This document shows, one piece after another, positions 23,896 to 36,921 of a stretch of 64,000 nucleotides of DNA. The stretch is taken from NCBI RefSeq assembly GCF_009834535.1, contig NC_045696.1, forward strand, positions 91,762,001 to 91,826,000, in the 5' to 3' direction. How positions within the stretch are numbered: the first letter of the stretch is position 1; each line of letters starts with the position of its first letter. Both the position numbers and the translations under genes were made by a program. Source of the DNA: Camelus ferus. Its lineage: Eukaryota. The notes under the pieces were generated by a model, which was given only the letters and a program-made list of their open reading frames with translations, made no database searches and was not told where the DNA came from.

Positions 23896-26044
23896 GACTG
23901 TCAAAATATGAAAGCTACAAGGAGATATGATATTTGTCCATGGAAGTGTGGTTAGTGCAGCTATAGATGTGACTAGCATATCCCAGAATCTTTAAAGATG
24001 TATATTTACAACAAATGAAAAGTATTATTTACTACTACATAAAATATGTAGTAAATTATTGTAGTGTCTAACTCCAAGAGGTGGTTTAGATTTTAATTTT
24101 TGAAAATTTTAAAATTAATATATTATAATTAATGAAAGATATTAAGACAAGTATGGGTATCACTGTGACTGACTTTATAAAACTGACATCAGAGAGAACA
24201 ATTATGCCTTCCTATTAAATATCCCTTGGTGCTTTCATCAGGATATAATCTTAAACTAGACAAAGCATAGATCTGAGCCCATGTGATAAAGTCTATGTAA
24301 TAACTTCTAAATACAGCTATTGTTAAGAGGAAAAATTGATTATCTTAAAAAAAACTCCAAAAATTGGTAATTGATATGTGAATTTTATGCAATTAATTCT
24401 CAATTACCTGATCATTGGTAGAACAGTATACAGTAAAATGGCAGCTAATTCAAACCCATTTTTACAGCATTGTGAAGTAGTCTTAGTATCATATCTGAAT
24501 ATACTTGTGCATCACAGTCACAGAACTTATTAGATTTAAAGGAAAATAAACTACACAATTATGATCCAACTCAAGAAAGGAAAAGCTATTATACTTTCGG
24601 TATTATTCTCCCTACCTACCCACCTAAACTTCCCTTTCTCCCTACTTCAAGATAAACATGGATACTATAGTCTTTAAATCACAGTATCCAATGAGTAGGG
24701 AAGCCACTTCCTTCAGATTATTCACTATGTATTTACAGCATCTCTGAGTAAAAATAGGGAAAGCAAATAAATGTTTTACTTTAAAACACAGAAACCCCTA
24801 GAGGCTGTCATGTGAAGTAAACAGAAACAGAAAATATAAGTAATGTCAACAAATAAATCATTTTACTTAAAGAGAGAAGATACCACATAGAATCGAGAAA
24901 AAAAGATTCATTGTGAATAAACCATAATGTAAACAGTCCACCATTGTATAATTAGGAGTTGGCTAATATATTTTCATAGCTTTTAAAAAACTTTTAGTTG
25001 TATTTTCTCTAATCAAGAACTGCTAAGAATTATTTTGAATATACACAGGACATATCTTCGCTGTTCTGAATGAGGCATAAGCATCCTATTGGTTTACTAT
25101 TGGTTCTGAAGGACAAGTAGGGTCCTTTTGTTTCTTGGAGCGGAGTGGCCAGTTCCTGTCCTTAATAAATAAAGGCACATAGTTAGGAAAAGCAGCAGAG
25201 AGATTAAGCCACCTGCACAAGACAGCTCCTTCAGTTCCTGAGGCAAGGAGTTCTTAAATAAGTGTATTGTTCTGTGCAGTCCTTCTCTATAGTTAAATAA
25301 ATTCAACTTCAATTTTCTGTCATTCAGCATGACATTGGATTATGAGGCAAAAGGCCCTGAATGCCTACAAAAAGAAAGGAAGCATTGGCTTTAAACACCA
25401 TGCAGATGTAAAGCGGAACCCGTGGAAACAATCCAGAATTTACAACAGCAAATTCTACTATAATGTGACTGCGTTCTTTGCAGATATTAAATAAGAAGAA
25501 ATGATTTTAAATGAACAAGACAAAAAGGAGCTCTTAGCCTCTCTTCATATGAAGCCAGCTGCTTGCTGGATAGCATTACGCAGGCATCAGATTTGGGGTA
25601 TTTAGTCATTTAAGAGAATGCTGTTATTTCAAAAGGTTTCTAGAAAATACAAATACAAAAGGTATTCATAGTGAGCTATTTTATAGCAGGATATAAAACT
25701 TTACAGTCACTCGGAGGGTACATTAAGTTAGTATAATGTTTAAGAAAACAATAAGTGAAACTTTTATAGTGCAAAGATATTTCAAGCTTCAAACTTCTGG
25801 ATAAAGAAAACACCAGAAAAAAATTTAAATCTGATTCAAAGTGCAATATGAAGGAAAATGATTCCAAGTTCAAGCAGCAGAACAGAGGAACAAGCAGGCA
25901 GGAGAAATGGCACCCAAAGATCCAGATTCAGGAGAATATTTTTAAATGAAAAAGTGTAGGCTATATATATATATTTAAATGGTAGAAATAATTGAAGAAA
26001 AGGAAAAACAAAAGCTCATCATTCTTTTAATATACTCCTAAGAC

Positions 26045-26260
26045 AGGATAACACAGAGATGGAATGCATGAACTCTAAAGCCAGACTGTCTAATTTCAAA
26101 TCCTGGCTCTGCTTCCTACTAGCTAAATGACTTTAGGCATTTTAGTTTCCTTACCTACAAAATGGTTACTACAGCAACGGATTGTTCTAGAAATTAAATG
26201 ACAATGTATGTAAAGAGAACAGCACCAGGCACATAGTGAGCATTACATAACTACTGGCTT
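26045..26260 (+). mobile_element. MIR SINE
   Basis: ctctaaagccagactg...ttcaaatcctggctctgcttcctactagct...agtttccttacctacaaaatgg...gcaccaggcacatagtgagc. Confidence 0.75.
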
Positions 26261-26849
26261 CACCACTGGCGGTGGTAGTTAGGCCACTCTACTCCTCCCT
26301 CCACCCCGACTTCTGCCCTGAATCTCATCACTTCTCAGCTGAAGACCTTGTTCTTGCAGGTGGGTCTGGTGCTATCAGTGGTTATTTTTGTATGGAGAAG
26401 AGTAAAAATGAAGGTTTTTAACTGTGTGTTTTTTAAAAAAATAATCTATAGAAAAACTATGGCAAGATGTTAAAACTTATAAAATATGGGTGATGGATTC
26501 ACATACATTTGTTGTATTATCTTCTGTATTTTTCAGTGTTTGATATACTTTATAGATATATTGTTTAGGGAGGGGTCTTGCTTGCACAGGTCAAGGATAG
26601 CATGTTCTATACTAAGGAGTCTAAGCAACTCAGTTCTCTGTGCCCAAGGTGCAAAAGAACACAAGGGGAGTAGAACTTGGTGGGGGTAGGGGGTGAGGTT
26701 GAAATTGTAAAAATAAGCTATTTGATCTTGTGACTATGGAGAAGAGAAATTCAATTGCAGTGGGAGGAGGATATGGTAACAAGGAGGATTGTTGATTTTG
26801 TTTTTGCTTTAAGATATTGGGACATATTTATTTATATCTGATTAGAGGG

Positions 26850-27165
26850 TATCCACATTTGTCAATTTAATGTATACCTTCTAACTTGTACTTATGTGTG
26901 AAAAAACAGTACTTTTTGCAGATGTTTTTAAAAACTACATAAATGGTATGAAGCTATAAATCTCATTTTAATTCTTACTTTTTTTACTACATTGTTTTTG
27001 AGACTTACCCATGTAGTAGTATATAGATGTGATTCATTCCTCTCTGATTGATATATATTTAATTATATGCACATATCACGTTTCACTGATCTAGTCCAAT
27101 AGTGATAAAATGTAGGTTGCTTACAACTTAGTGTCACCACAAATTATCCTGCAATAAAAGTTTTT
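26850..27165 (-). mobile_element. Ancient L1ME 3' region, split by the large L1; appears to resume at about 34830-35190
   Basis: cattgtttttgagacttacccatgt...gtgataaaatgtaggttgcttacaac...gcaataaa, continuing after 34830 as cttatccatcttcttg...caccagcttacactcccagc...gtttcattgttggtttagattgca. Confidence 0.65.
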
Positions 27166-29139
27166 TTTTTTTTTTTTTACCAGAGGTGGGATCAAGATGG
27201 CAGAGTAGAAGCACCCTGAGCACTTGGGCAGGAGCAGAACCAGTGCCAAGGTGGATACTATCATTGCCAGCATGCACACAAGTGCACATACTTGGGAATG
27301 AGTGGAAGCAGCTTAGTAATGTGGCTTCAGCCCCTTCATCCCTGTCCCAGCCTCTAACCAAGGCATGCACACAAGGGAAAAGTAGAACAAGCTCAGAAGT
27401 CCAGCCTGAATCCCTCGAGCCACAGCCATGCCCACAACCAAAGCAGAGACTGCCATCACATGAAGGAGAAGCCTTGCTCCCTCAGGGATCCTGCTCCAGC
27501 CCGTTGTGCCCTGGCTCTGCCCCTGATAGGGCACTGCCTGCCATTGAGCCTAGGAGGAGCCCTGGCTCACGCCTGGTTCTGGTTCTAACCCCTCCAAGTC
27601 CAGCCCTAACTTCCACCAAGGCAGCTGCCAGTGTACTCTGGGAGAAGATCTGGCTTGTGCTCACTTCAGATCCATCTCTCCTAGCAAAGCCACTCAGTAC
27701 ATGCATACTGCATAGGGAAATTCCCAAATAAGGACACATATTCGAGACCAGGGTAGGTAAGAAGTTCATCTAATTCTATAGAGAAAAACAGAGAAAGTTA
27801 AACAGAATGAGAAGACAGAGGAATATGTTTCAAATGAAAGAACAAGATAAAACTCCTGGAAAAAGCCCTAATGAAACAGAGAAAAATAATTCCATGCAAA
27901 CGGAAACCTCAAGGAAGCTGGGTAGCAATACTCATAACAAATAAAGTAGACTTTAAAACAAAGTCTACAATAAAAGACAAAAAAGAGTATTATATAATGA
28001 TAAAAGGACAATATAAGAAGAGAATGCAATATTTGTAAACATATACACACCTAACATAGAAACACCTAAATATATATAAAGCAAATATTAACAGATACAA
28101 AAGGAGAAATTGACTGCAAAACAATAATACTACAGGACTTTAACACCCCACTTACATCAATGAACAGATCATCCAGACAGAAAATCAATAAGGAAACACT
28201 GCCCTTAAATGGCACATTAGGCTAGTTGAACTTAATAGACATCAATAGGACATTCCATCCAAAACCAGCAGACTGCACATTCTTTTCAAGTGTATATAAG
28301 ACATCTCCAGGATAGATCACATGTTAGGACACAAAACAAATCTAAATAAATTTGAGGAGACAGAAATTACATCAAGCATTTGACCACAACAGTATGAAAC
28401 TAGAAATAAGGAACAGGAAGAAAAATGGAAAAAACATAAACAAGTGGAGACTAAACAACATGCTACTAAGACACTAAAGTCAACAAAGAAATCAAAGAGG
28501 AAATCAGAAAATACTTAAGACAAATGAAAATAAAGACATAACTTTCCAAAATTTAGGTGATGTAGCAAAAGCAGTTCTAAGAGAAAAGTTTATAGCAACA
28601 CAGGCCTATTTCAAGACACAAGGCAAATCTCAAATAAGCAGCCTAATCCACCATTTAAAGGAATTAGAAAAGAAGAACAAATAAAACCCACAGTCAGCAG
28701 AAAAAAGGAAATAATGATCAGAATGGAAATAAATGAAAGAGACAAAAATAGAAGATCGATGAACACAAGATCTGTTTTTTGAAAGATAAACAAAACTGAT
28801 AAGCCTTTAGCCAAGTTCATTGAGAAAAAAAAGAGAGATGACCCAAGTAAAATTAGAAATGAAAGAGTAGTTACAACCTATATTGCAGAATTACAATCAA
28901 AAGAGAAGACTACAAACAGTTATATCCAACAAATTGGGCAACCTGGAAGAAATGGATAAATTCCCAGAAACGTACAATCTTCCAAGAGTGAATCAGGAAG
29001 AAATAATCTGAACAGAACTATTACTAGTATTGAAACTTAATAAGTAATCAAAAAGCTTCCAGGAAACAACTCCATGACCAGACAGCTTCATAAGGAATTC
29101 TACTAAATATATAAAGAGGAGTTAATATCTGTCCTTCTC

Positions 29140-31698
29140 TTATGAAAAACTATATGGAACCAAACTGGATAACCTAGAGGAGATGGACAAGTTTCTGGAA
29201 ACATACTGTCCACCAAGACTGAATCAAGAAGAAACTGACCACTTGAACAATCTGATCACTAGAAAGGAAATAGAAATAGCAATTAAAAACCTCCCTACAA
29301 ATAAAAGTCCACGACTGGACGGCTTCACCGGGGAATTCTACCAAACATACAAAGAAGAACTCATACCAGTCCTTCTCAAACTCTTCCAGACGATTGAAAA
29401 GGAGGGAATACTCCCAAACTCATTCTATGAAGCCACCATCACCCTGATACCAAAACCAGGCAAAGACACTACAAAAAAAGAGAATTATAGGCCAATATCA
29501 CTGATGAACATAGACGCCAAAATCCTCACCAAAATTTTAGCAAATAGAATCCAACAACACATAAAAAAGATTATACATCATGACCAAGTGGGGTTCATCC
29601 CAGGGACACAAGGGTGGTTCAACATATGCAAATCAATCAATGTAATACATCACATCAACAAGAGAAAGGACAAAAACCACATGATCATCTCAATCGATGA
29701 AGAAAAAGCATTTGACAAAATTCAACACCCATTTATGATAAAAACTCTCACCAAAGTGGGTATAGAGGGAACATATCTCAACATAATAAAAGCTATATAT
29801 GACAAACCTACAGCCAGCATAGTATTCAACAGTGAAAAACTCAAAAGTTTCCCACTAAAATCTGGGACAAGACAAGGATGCCCACCATCACCACTCCTAT
29901 TCAACATAGTCCTGGAAGTCCTAGCCACAGCAATCAGGCAAGAGAGAGAAATAAAAGGGATCCAAATTGGAAAAGAAGAGGTAAAAGTGTCACTATATGT
30001 CGATGACATGTTACTATATATAGAAAACCCTAAAAGGTCCACACAAAAACTACTAGAGCTGATTGAAGAATTCAGCAAGGTAGCAGGTTACAAGATTAAC
30101 GTTCAAAAATCAGTTGCATTTCTTTACACTAACGATGAATCAACAGAAAAAGAAAGTAAAGAAACAATCCCCTTTAAAACAGCACCCAAAGTAATAAAAT
30201 ATCTGGGAATAAATCTAACCAAGGAGGTGAAAGAATTATACACAGAAAACTATAAACCATTGATGAAGGAAATTAAAGAAGAATTTAAAAAATGGAAAGA
30301 TATCCCATGCTCTTGGATTGGAAGAATCAATATTGTTAAAATGGTCACACTGCCCAAGACAATCTACAGATTTAATGCAATCTCTATCAAATTACCCAGG
30401 ACATATTTCATAGAACTAGAACAAATCATAATAAAATTTATATGGAACCATCAAAGACCTAGAATTGCCAAAACATTACTGAAGAGAAAGAAAGAGGCTG
30501 GAGGAATAACTCTCCCAGACTTCAGACAATGTTATAGAGCTACAGTCATCAAGACAGCATGGTATTTGTACAAAAACAGACATACAGACCTTGGAACAGA
30601 ATAGAGAGCCCAGAAATGAACCCACAAACTTTTGGTCAACTAATCTTCGACAAAGGAGGCAAGAATATACAATGGAATAAAGACAGTCTCTTCAGCAAAT
30701 GGTGTTGGGAAAACTGGACAGCAGCATGTAAAACAATGAAGCTAGAACACTCCCTTACACCATATACAAAAATCAACTCAAAATGGATCAAAGACTTAAA
30801 CATAAGACAAGATACAATAAACCTCCTAGAGGAAAACATAGGCAAAACATTATCTGACATACATTTCAAAAATTTTCTCCTAGAAGAAATAAAAGCAAGA
30901 ATAAACAAATGGGACCTAATGAAACTTACAAGCTTCTGCACAGCAAAGGAAACCATAAGTAAAACAAGAAGACAACCTACAGAATGGGAGAAAATTTTTG
31001 CAAATGAAACCAACAAAGGCTTGATCTCCAGAATATATAAGCAGCTCATATGACTCAATAAGAAAAAAATAAACAACCCAATCCAAAAATGGGCAGAAGA
31101 CCTAAACAAGCAATTCTCCAAGGAAGACATACAAATGATCAAAAAGCACATGAAAAAATGCTCCATATCACTAATTATCAGAGAAATGTAAATCAAAACT
31201 ACAATGAGGTATCACCTCACACCAGTCAGAATGGCCGTCATTCAAAAATCCACAAATGACAAATGCTGGAGAGGCTGTGGAGAAAGGGGAACCCTCCTAC
31301 ACTGCTGGTGGGAATGCTGTTTGGTACAGCCACTATGGAAAACAGTGTGGAGATTCCTCAAAGGACTAGGAATAGACTTACCGTATGACCCAGGAATCCC
31401 ACTCCTGGGCTTGTATCCAGAAGGAACCCTACTTCAGGATGACACCTGCACCCCAGTGTTCATAGCAGCAGTATTTACAATAGCCAAAACATGGAAACAG
31501 CCTAAATGTCCATCAACAGGTGACTGGATAAAGAAGAGGTGGTATATTTATACAATGGAATACTACTCAGCCATAAAAACCGACAACATAATGCCATTTG
31601 CAGCAACATGGATGCTCCTGGAGAATGTCATTCTAAGTGAAGTAAGCCAGAAAGAGAAAGAAAAATACCATATGAGATCGCTCGTATGTGGAATCTAA
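29140..31698 (+). pseudogene. L1 ORF2 reverse transcriptase and C-terminal zinc knuckle, 5'-truncated and disrupted
   Basis: 473-aa ORF 29183-30604 with [35 protein letters not shown]; frameshift near 30590; stops at about 31051 (TGA) and 31189 (TAA); [18 protein letters not shown]; ends VCGI*. Confidence 0.95.
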
Positions 31699-32030
31699 AA
31701 AACAAAAACAAAAACAAACAAACAAACAAAAACAAAGCATTAATACAGGACAGAAATAGACTCATAGACAGAGAATACAGACTTGTGGTTGCCAGGGGGG
31801 CGGAGGGTGGGAAGAGATAGACTGGGATTTCAGAATTGTAGAATGGATAAACAAGATTATACTGTATAGCACAGGGAAATATACACGAAATGTTATGGTA
31901 TCTCACAGAGAAAAAAATGTGACAATGAGTGTGTATATGTCCATGTATGACTGAAAAATTGTGCTGAACACTGGAATTTGACACAACATTGTAAAATGAT
32001 TATAAATCAATAAAAAATGTTTAAAAAAAA
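29140..32030 (+). mobile_element. Young camelid L1, 5'-truncated (about 2.9 kb), nested in ORF2 of the older L1
   Basis: 13-bp TSD atctgtccttctc at 29127-29139 and 32031-32043; poly(A) tail; nearly intact ORF2; the host L1 resumes exactly after the second TSD. Confidence 0.95.
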
Positions 32031-32131
32031 ATCTGTCCTTCTCAAACTATTCCAAAAGATTGAGGAGGAGGGAAATCTCCCAAACTCATTCTATAAGGCC
32101 ACCATTACCCTGATACCAAAACCAGACAAAA

Positions 32132-32197
32132 ACACACACACACAAAAAAAAAAAAAGGAAAGAAAGGAAGAAAGGAAGAAAGGAAGAAAGGAAGAAA

Positions 32198-32259
<62 letters not shown>

Positions 32260-32262
32260 AAA
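32132..32262. repeat. Compound microsatellite (CA)n-(A)n-(GAAAGGAA)n-(GAAA)n inside old L1 ORF2
   Basis: Read directly; it produces the spurious KKERK/LSFF ORFs. Confidence 0.95.
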
Positions 32263-35200
32263 TTATAGGCCAATATTTCCAATGACTATAGATGTAAAAG
32301 TCCTCAAAAAAGTATTAGCTAACTGAATTCAACAGTACATAAAAAGGATTACATACCATGATCAAGTGGGATTTAACCCAGGGTTGCAAGCATGATTCAA
32401 TATCCACAAACTAATCAATGTGATATACCACATCAACATAAAGGACAAAAGTGACATGATCATCTCAATAGATGCAGAAAAATCATCTGACAAAATACGA
32501 CATTGATTCATGATAAAATTCTCATTACAGTTGATATAGAGGGGACATATCTCAACAAAATAAAGGCCATTTATGAAAAACTCAAGCTAATATCATGCAT
32601 AATGGTGAAAAGCTGAAAGCTTTTCCTCTAAGATAAGGAACAGACAAAGATGCTCACTCTCACCATTCCTAATTAACACGGTATTGGAAGTTCTAGCCAC
32701 AGCAATCACACAATAAAAACATAAATAAAAGGAATCCAAATTGGAAAAGAAGTAAAATTGTCACTATTTGCAGATGACATGATACTATACACAGAAAACC
32801 CTAAAGTAGCCACCAAAAAACTATTAGAACTAATAAATGAAATCAGTAAAGTTGCAGAATACAAGATTAATATACAGTAATTTGTTGCTTTCCTATAGAC
32901 TAATAATGAACTAGCAGAAAGATAAAAATTTTAAGAATCCCATTTACAATTGCCTCAAAAAGAATGAAATACCGAGGAATAAATTTAACCAAGGAGATGA
33001 AATACCAATACTCTGCAAACTATAAGACACAGTTGATGGATACTGAAGATGATAAAATAATTGGAATACTATCCTGTGTTCATGGATTGGAAAAATTAAT
33101 ATTGTTAAAATGTCCATACTACTCAAAGAAATCTACAGATTTAATGTAATCCCTATCAAAATACCCACATTTTTCACAGAAAGGAAACAAATAATCCTAA
33201 AATTTGTATGTAATTACAAAAGACCCCGAATAGCCAAAGAAGTGTTGAGAAAAAAGAACAAAGCTGGAGATACCATGATCCTTGACTTCAGAATATACTA
33301 TGAAGCTACAGTAATCAAAACAGTATGGTACTGGCACAAAAACAAGACCCATAGACAATGGAACTGAATAGAGAGCCCAGAAATAAACCCATGCATATAT
33401 GGAAATTTACTGTGTGACAAAGGAGGAAAAAATATACAATGGGGAAAAGACAGTCTCTTCAGTCAGTAGTATTGGGAAAACTGGACACCTATAGGTAAAA
33501 TAATGAAAGTAGAACATTCTCTAACACCATATACAAAAATAAACTAAAAAATGGACTGAAGACCTAAATGTAAGACCAGAAACCATATAACTCCTAGAAG
33601 AAAACATAGGCAGTATACTCTCTGATATAGGTCTTAGAGATTTTTTGTCTCCTCAGGCAAAGGAAACAAAAGCAAAAATAAACAAATGGAACATAATCAA
33701 ACTTAAAAGCTTTTGTACAGCAAAGGAAATAATCAACAAAATGAAAAGCTGACCTACCTACTGAATGAAAGAAGATATTTGCAAATAATATATCTGATAA
33801 GGGGTTAATTTCTAAAACATACAAAAAGTTCATACAACATAATGCCAAAGAAACAACCTGATTAAAAAGTGGGCAGAAGGCCTGAATAGGCATTTTTCTA
33901 AAAAAGACATACAGATAGCTAAAAGTCATATGGAAAGATGTTCAACATCACTAGTTACCAGGGAAATGCAAATTAAAACAAATGAGATATCACCTCACAC
34001 CTGTTAGTATGGCTGTTGTAAAAAGACAACACATATTAAGTATTGAGGAGGATGTGGAGAGAAGGGAACCCTTGTGCACTGCTGGTGGAAATGTAAACTG
34101 GTGCAGCCTCTATGGAAAACAGTATGAGGTTCCTTGAATGAAAAATATAACTACCATATGATCCAGCAATTTCACTCCTGGAATAAATCCAAAGAAAACA
34201 AAACAGTAATTTGAAAAATTATATACTCTAATGTTCATAGCAGCATTACTTACAATAGCTAAGATACAGAAGCAACCTAAGTGCCCATCAACAGACGAAT
34301 GTATAAAGAAGTGGGGTGTGTGTGTGTATATACATATATATATAAAATTATATATAATAAAATATATATAGTGGAATAGTACTCAGCCATAAAAAGAATG
34401 AAATTTTGCCATTTGCATCAGCATGGGTGGATCTGGAGGGTATTATGCTCAGTGAAATAAGTCAGACAGAGAAAGACAAATACTGTGTTTACTTACTTGT
34501 AGAATCTAAAAAAATAAAGCAAATGAACAAACGTAACAAAACAGAAACAGACTCAGATACAGAGAACAAACTGGTGGTTACCAGTTGGGAGAAGTGTGTG
34601 GGGAGGGGCAAGATGGGAGAAGGGGATCAAAAGGTACAAACTACTAGTACAAAATAAACAGGATACAAGGATGGAAATAAGATACACCACAGGGAACACA
34701 GTCAATATTTTATAACTTTAAATGGAGTATATTCTATAAAAATATTGAATCATTATGTTGTACACCTAAAGCTGATATAATATGCTAAGTCAACTATACT
34801 TAAGTTAAAAATAAATAAATAAATAAAATTTATAAAGCTTCTTATCCATCTTCTTGTCTGCTTATAGGGGAGTTTTTTTTCAGTGTGTTCCTGGAGCAAA
34901 CTCACGAGGTCACAGGCAAACACATACTTTAAAAATGCCAAATGATTACTAGGATGGAGGCACCAGCTTACACTCCCAGCTCACTAGATGAAGGTTCTTG
35001 CTTTCCCAACACTCACTAGAAGAGGCTATTTAAGTTTTTTTTTTTTAATCAATCCACAGGGTGCAAAGGTAGTGTTTCATTGTTGGTTTAGATTGCAGTT
35101 ATCTGCTCACTACTGAAGATAATCATCTCATTTTATACTTCTCAGTCATTCATAGTTCTCTTTTTATGATTTGCCTTTCCCCCAATATCTTTTCTATCCA

Positions 35201-35428
35201 CTTCAGTGGAGCCTTCTTCTTCATTCTCCACAGAAATAACACTTTTCAAGATTATGAATGACTTTCTATATTAACAATTCCAAAATTTAATTCTGAGTTC
35301 TTATCTAATGCAGATTTTCAGTAGCATCTGACACATTGTTCACTTTTTCTTTGAAACACTCCTATTGTTTGCTTTACACTGTAGTATCTTGTTTCCACCT
35401 TCCTCATTCACTATTGCATTGGTTATTG

Positions 35429-35487
35429 TTTCTCGGTCTCTATTGATATTTCTCGGTCTCTATTGATATTTCTCGGTCTCTATTGAT
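35429..35487. repeat. Minisatellite, 20-bp unit, about 3 perfect copies, within an L2 remnant
   Basis: (tttctcggtctctattgata)x2 followed by tttctcggtctctattgat. Confidence 0.95.
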
Positions 35488-36879
35488 GATTCTCATTCTT
35501 ATATATACTCTAAATATTAGGAGGCACCAGAGGTTCAGCCCTTAGCCCTTTTCTCTACCTGCATTTTCTCCCTAGTATCTCACTTAGTCTCATAGCTTTG
35601 AGTAGCATTTATATACATGTCTCACATCATCATCATCACAGATAAGTGTTGAGTATTTACTATGTGCCAGGCACTATATTCTAAGTGCATTATACTCATT
35701 TAATGTAAACTAACTAGAATGTAAGTTTCATGAGAACAAGAATCTTATCTTTTATATTCATAGTGTCTGAGACAAGAAAGGTGCTCAAAAAATAACTATT
35801 GAAAGAATGAATGAAATTTTGTGGCTACCAGAAATAAGAATTCCAGCAAAGACACATTTAAAATTATGTACCTAAGATTAAAATGAGTGGAACTGAAAGA
35901 GTTGCACAGTTTTCAATGGTAATATCTAATATGTATCTTGGCATTAAAATGCAACTTTCTTATAAATATGTTCTTTTATTTCAGTAGATTTTTACTGAGT
36001 ACCTACTCTGTTATAGGTAGGCTCCATGATGGCTACATTCAGTATATAAACATCAGTAAGATATACTTCCTTGTCCTTAGAGAAATTAAAGTCAAGTGCC
36101 TTATTTTTCCTTCATGAATGATAAATTATGTTTTAAATAACAAATCAATAACTCCTTTAAAATTAAACCTGTTTTATTTTTCTACCATTTTAAATTATTT
36201 CATTTAGTTAAACTGTTAGTTAACTATGTGGCTAAAATTGTGGGATTTCTTATCAGATATAACCAATATGAATGAACACAATCAGTAAGCTGCATTTAGA
36301 TATTACATATATATATATTATTGTACCATGGTTTGATGAACTCAGCCTTTCACAAAGTAATATCTCACTTAATTTTTTAATGAGCATTAACAGAGAAAGG
36401 CTTTACAAATGTAAGAATAGATATCAATAATAGAAGAAAGTTCTTTAATGAGTGTATTCAACTATATCAATTGCAAATTAACATTTTTTAACTTAAGCAA
36501 ACTTTTTATAAAGCTCAGATGGTGAATACAGCCACTTCGAAAGTTCATTTCATTTTAGGGTTTATATTTTAGAGGTTTGATTCACATCTATATCAAAATA
36601 GGAATACTTGAAGTACATTAACATTTTCTGCATAATGCCAGAAGGGACTGAAATAACATTTGGAGATTATAAATCAGATGCTCCATCAGGTGTGGATTTA
36701 CAGTTAAAAAGTTGCAATTTGGTCCAGATGTAGTTAGATTAGAACCAGACATTTATTTATCTAGGTGTGTGGGAGGAGGGGAGAGTGTATTTAAATCAAG
36801 CTAAGGAGATAATCAGATATTTAAAATTTGGAAATAAATTATATTCTAATACTAAGGATCAAGAATTTACCTCAGAATG

Positions 36880-36921
36880 CAAAAAACAAAAACAAAAACA
36901 AAAACAAAAACAAAAACAAAA
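36880..36921. repeat. (CAAAAA)n microsatellite
   Basis: caaaaaacaaaaacaaaaacaaaaacaaaaacaaaaacaaaa. Confidence 0.9.

Larger units (their letters stand above)
27183..34828 (+). mobile_element. Older L1 with 5'UTR, most of ORF1 deleted, decayed ORF2 and 3' end; hosts a nested young L1 at 29140-32030
   Basis: Starts gaggtgggatcaagatggcagagtag; ORF1 start near 27807; ORF2 motifs with many stops and frameshifts (tttgcagatgac = FADD near 32768); 3'UTR ends gtcaactatacttaagttaaaaataaataaataaataaaa. Confidence 0.9.

Noticed and set aside
27186..27769. 181-aa plus-strand ORF and overlapping minus-strand ORFs
   Set aside because: They lie in the GC-richer L1 5'UTR, the long one starts at GTG, and none resembles a known protein; stop-poor composition explains them.
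29183..30604. 473-aa reverse transcriptase ORF as an active or domesticated gene
   Set aside because: 5'-truncated L1 with no promoter, ORF1 or endonuclease, and with a downstream frameshift and stops.
32017..32282. KKERK and LSFF repeat peptides
   Set aside because: Translations of the (GAAA)n microsatellite.
35429..35487. CRISPR-like repeat array
   Set aside because: Head-to-tail repeats without spacers, in mammalian DNA.
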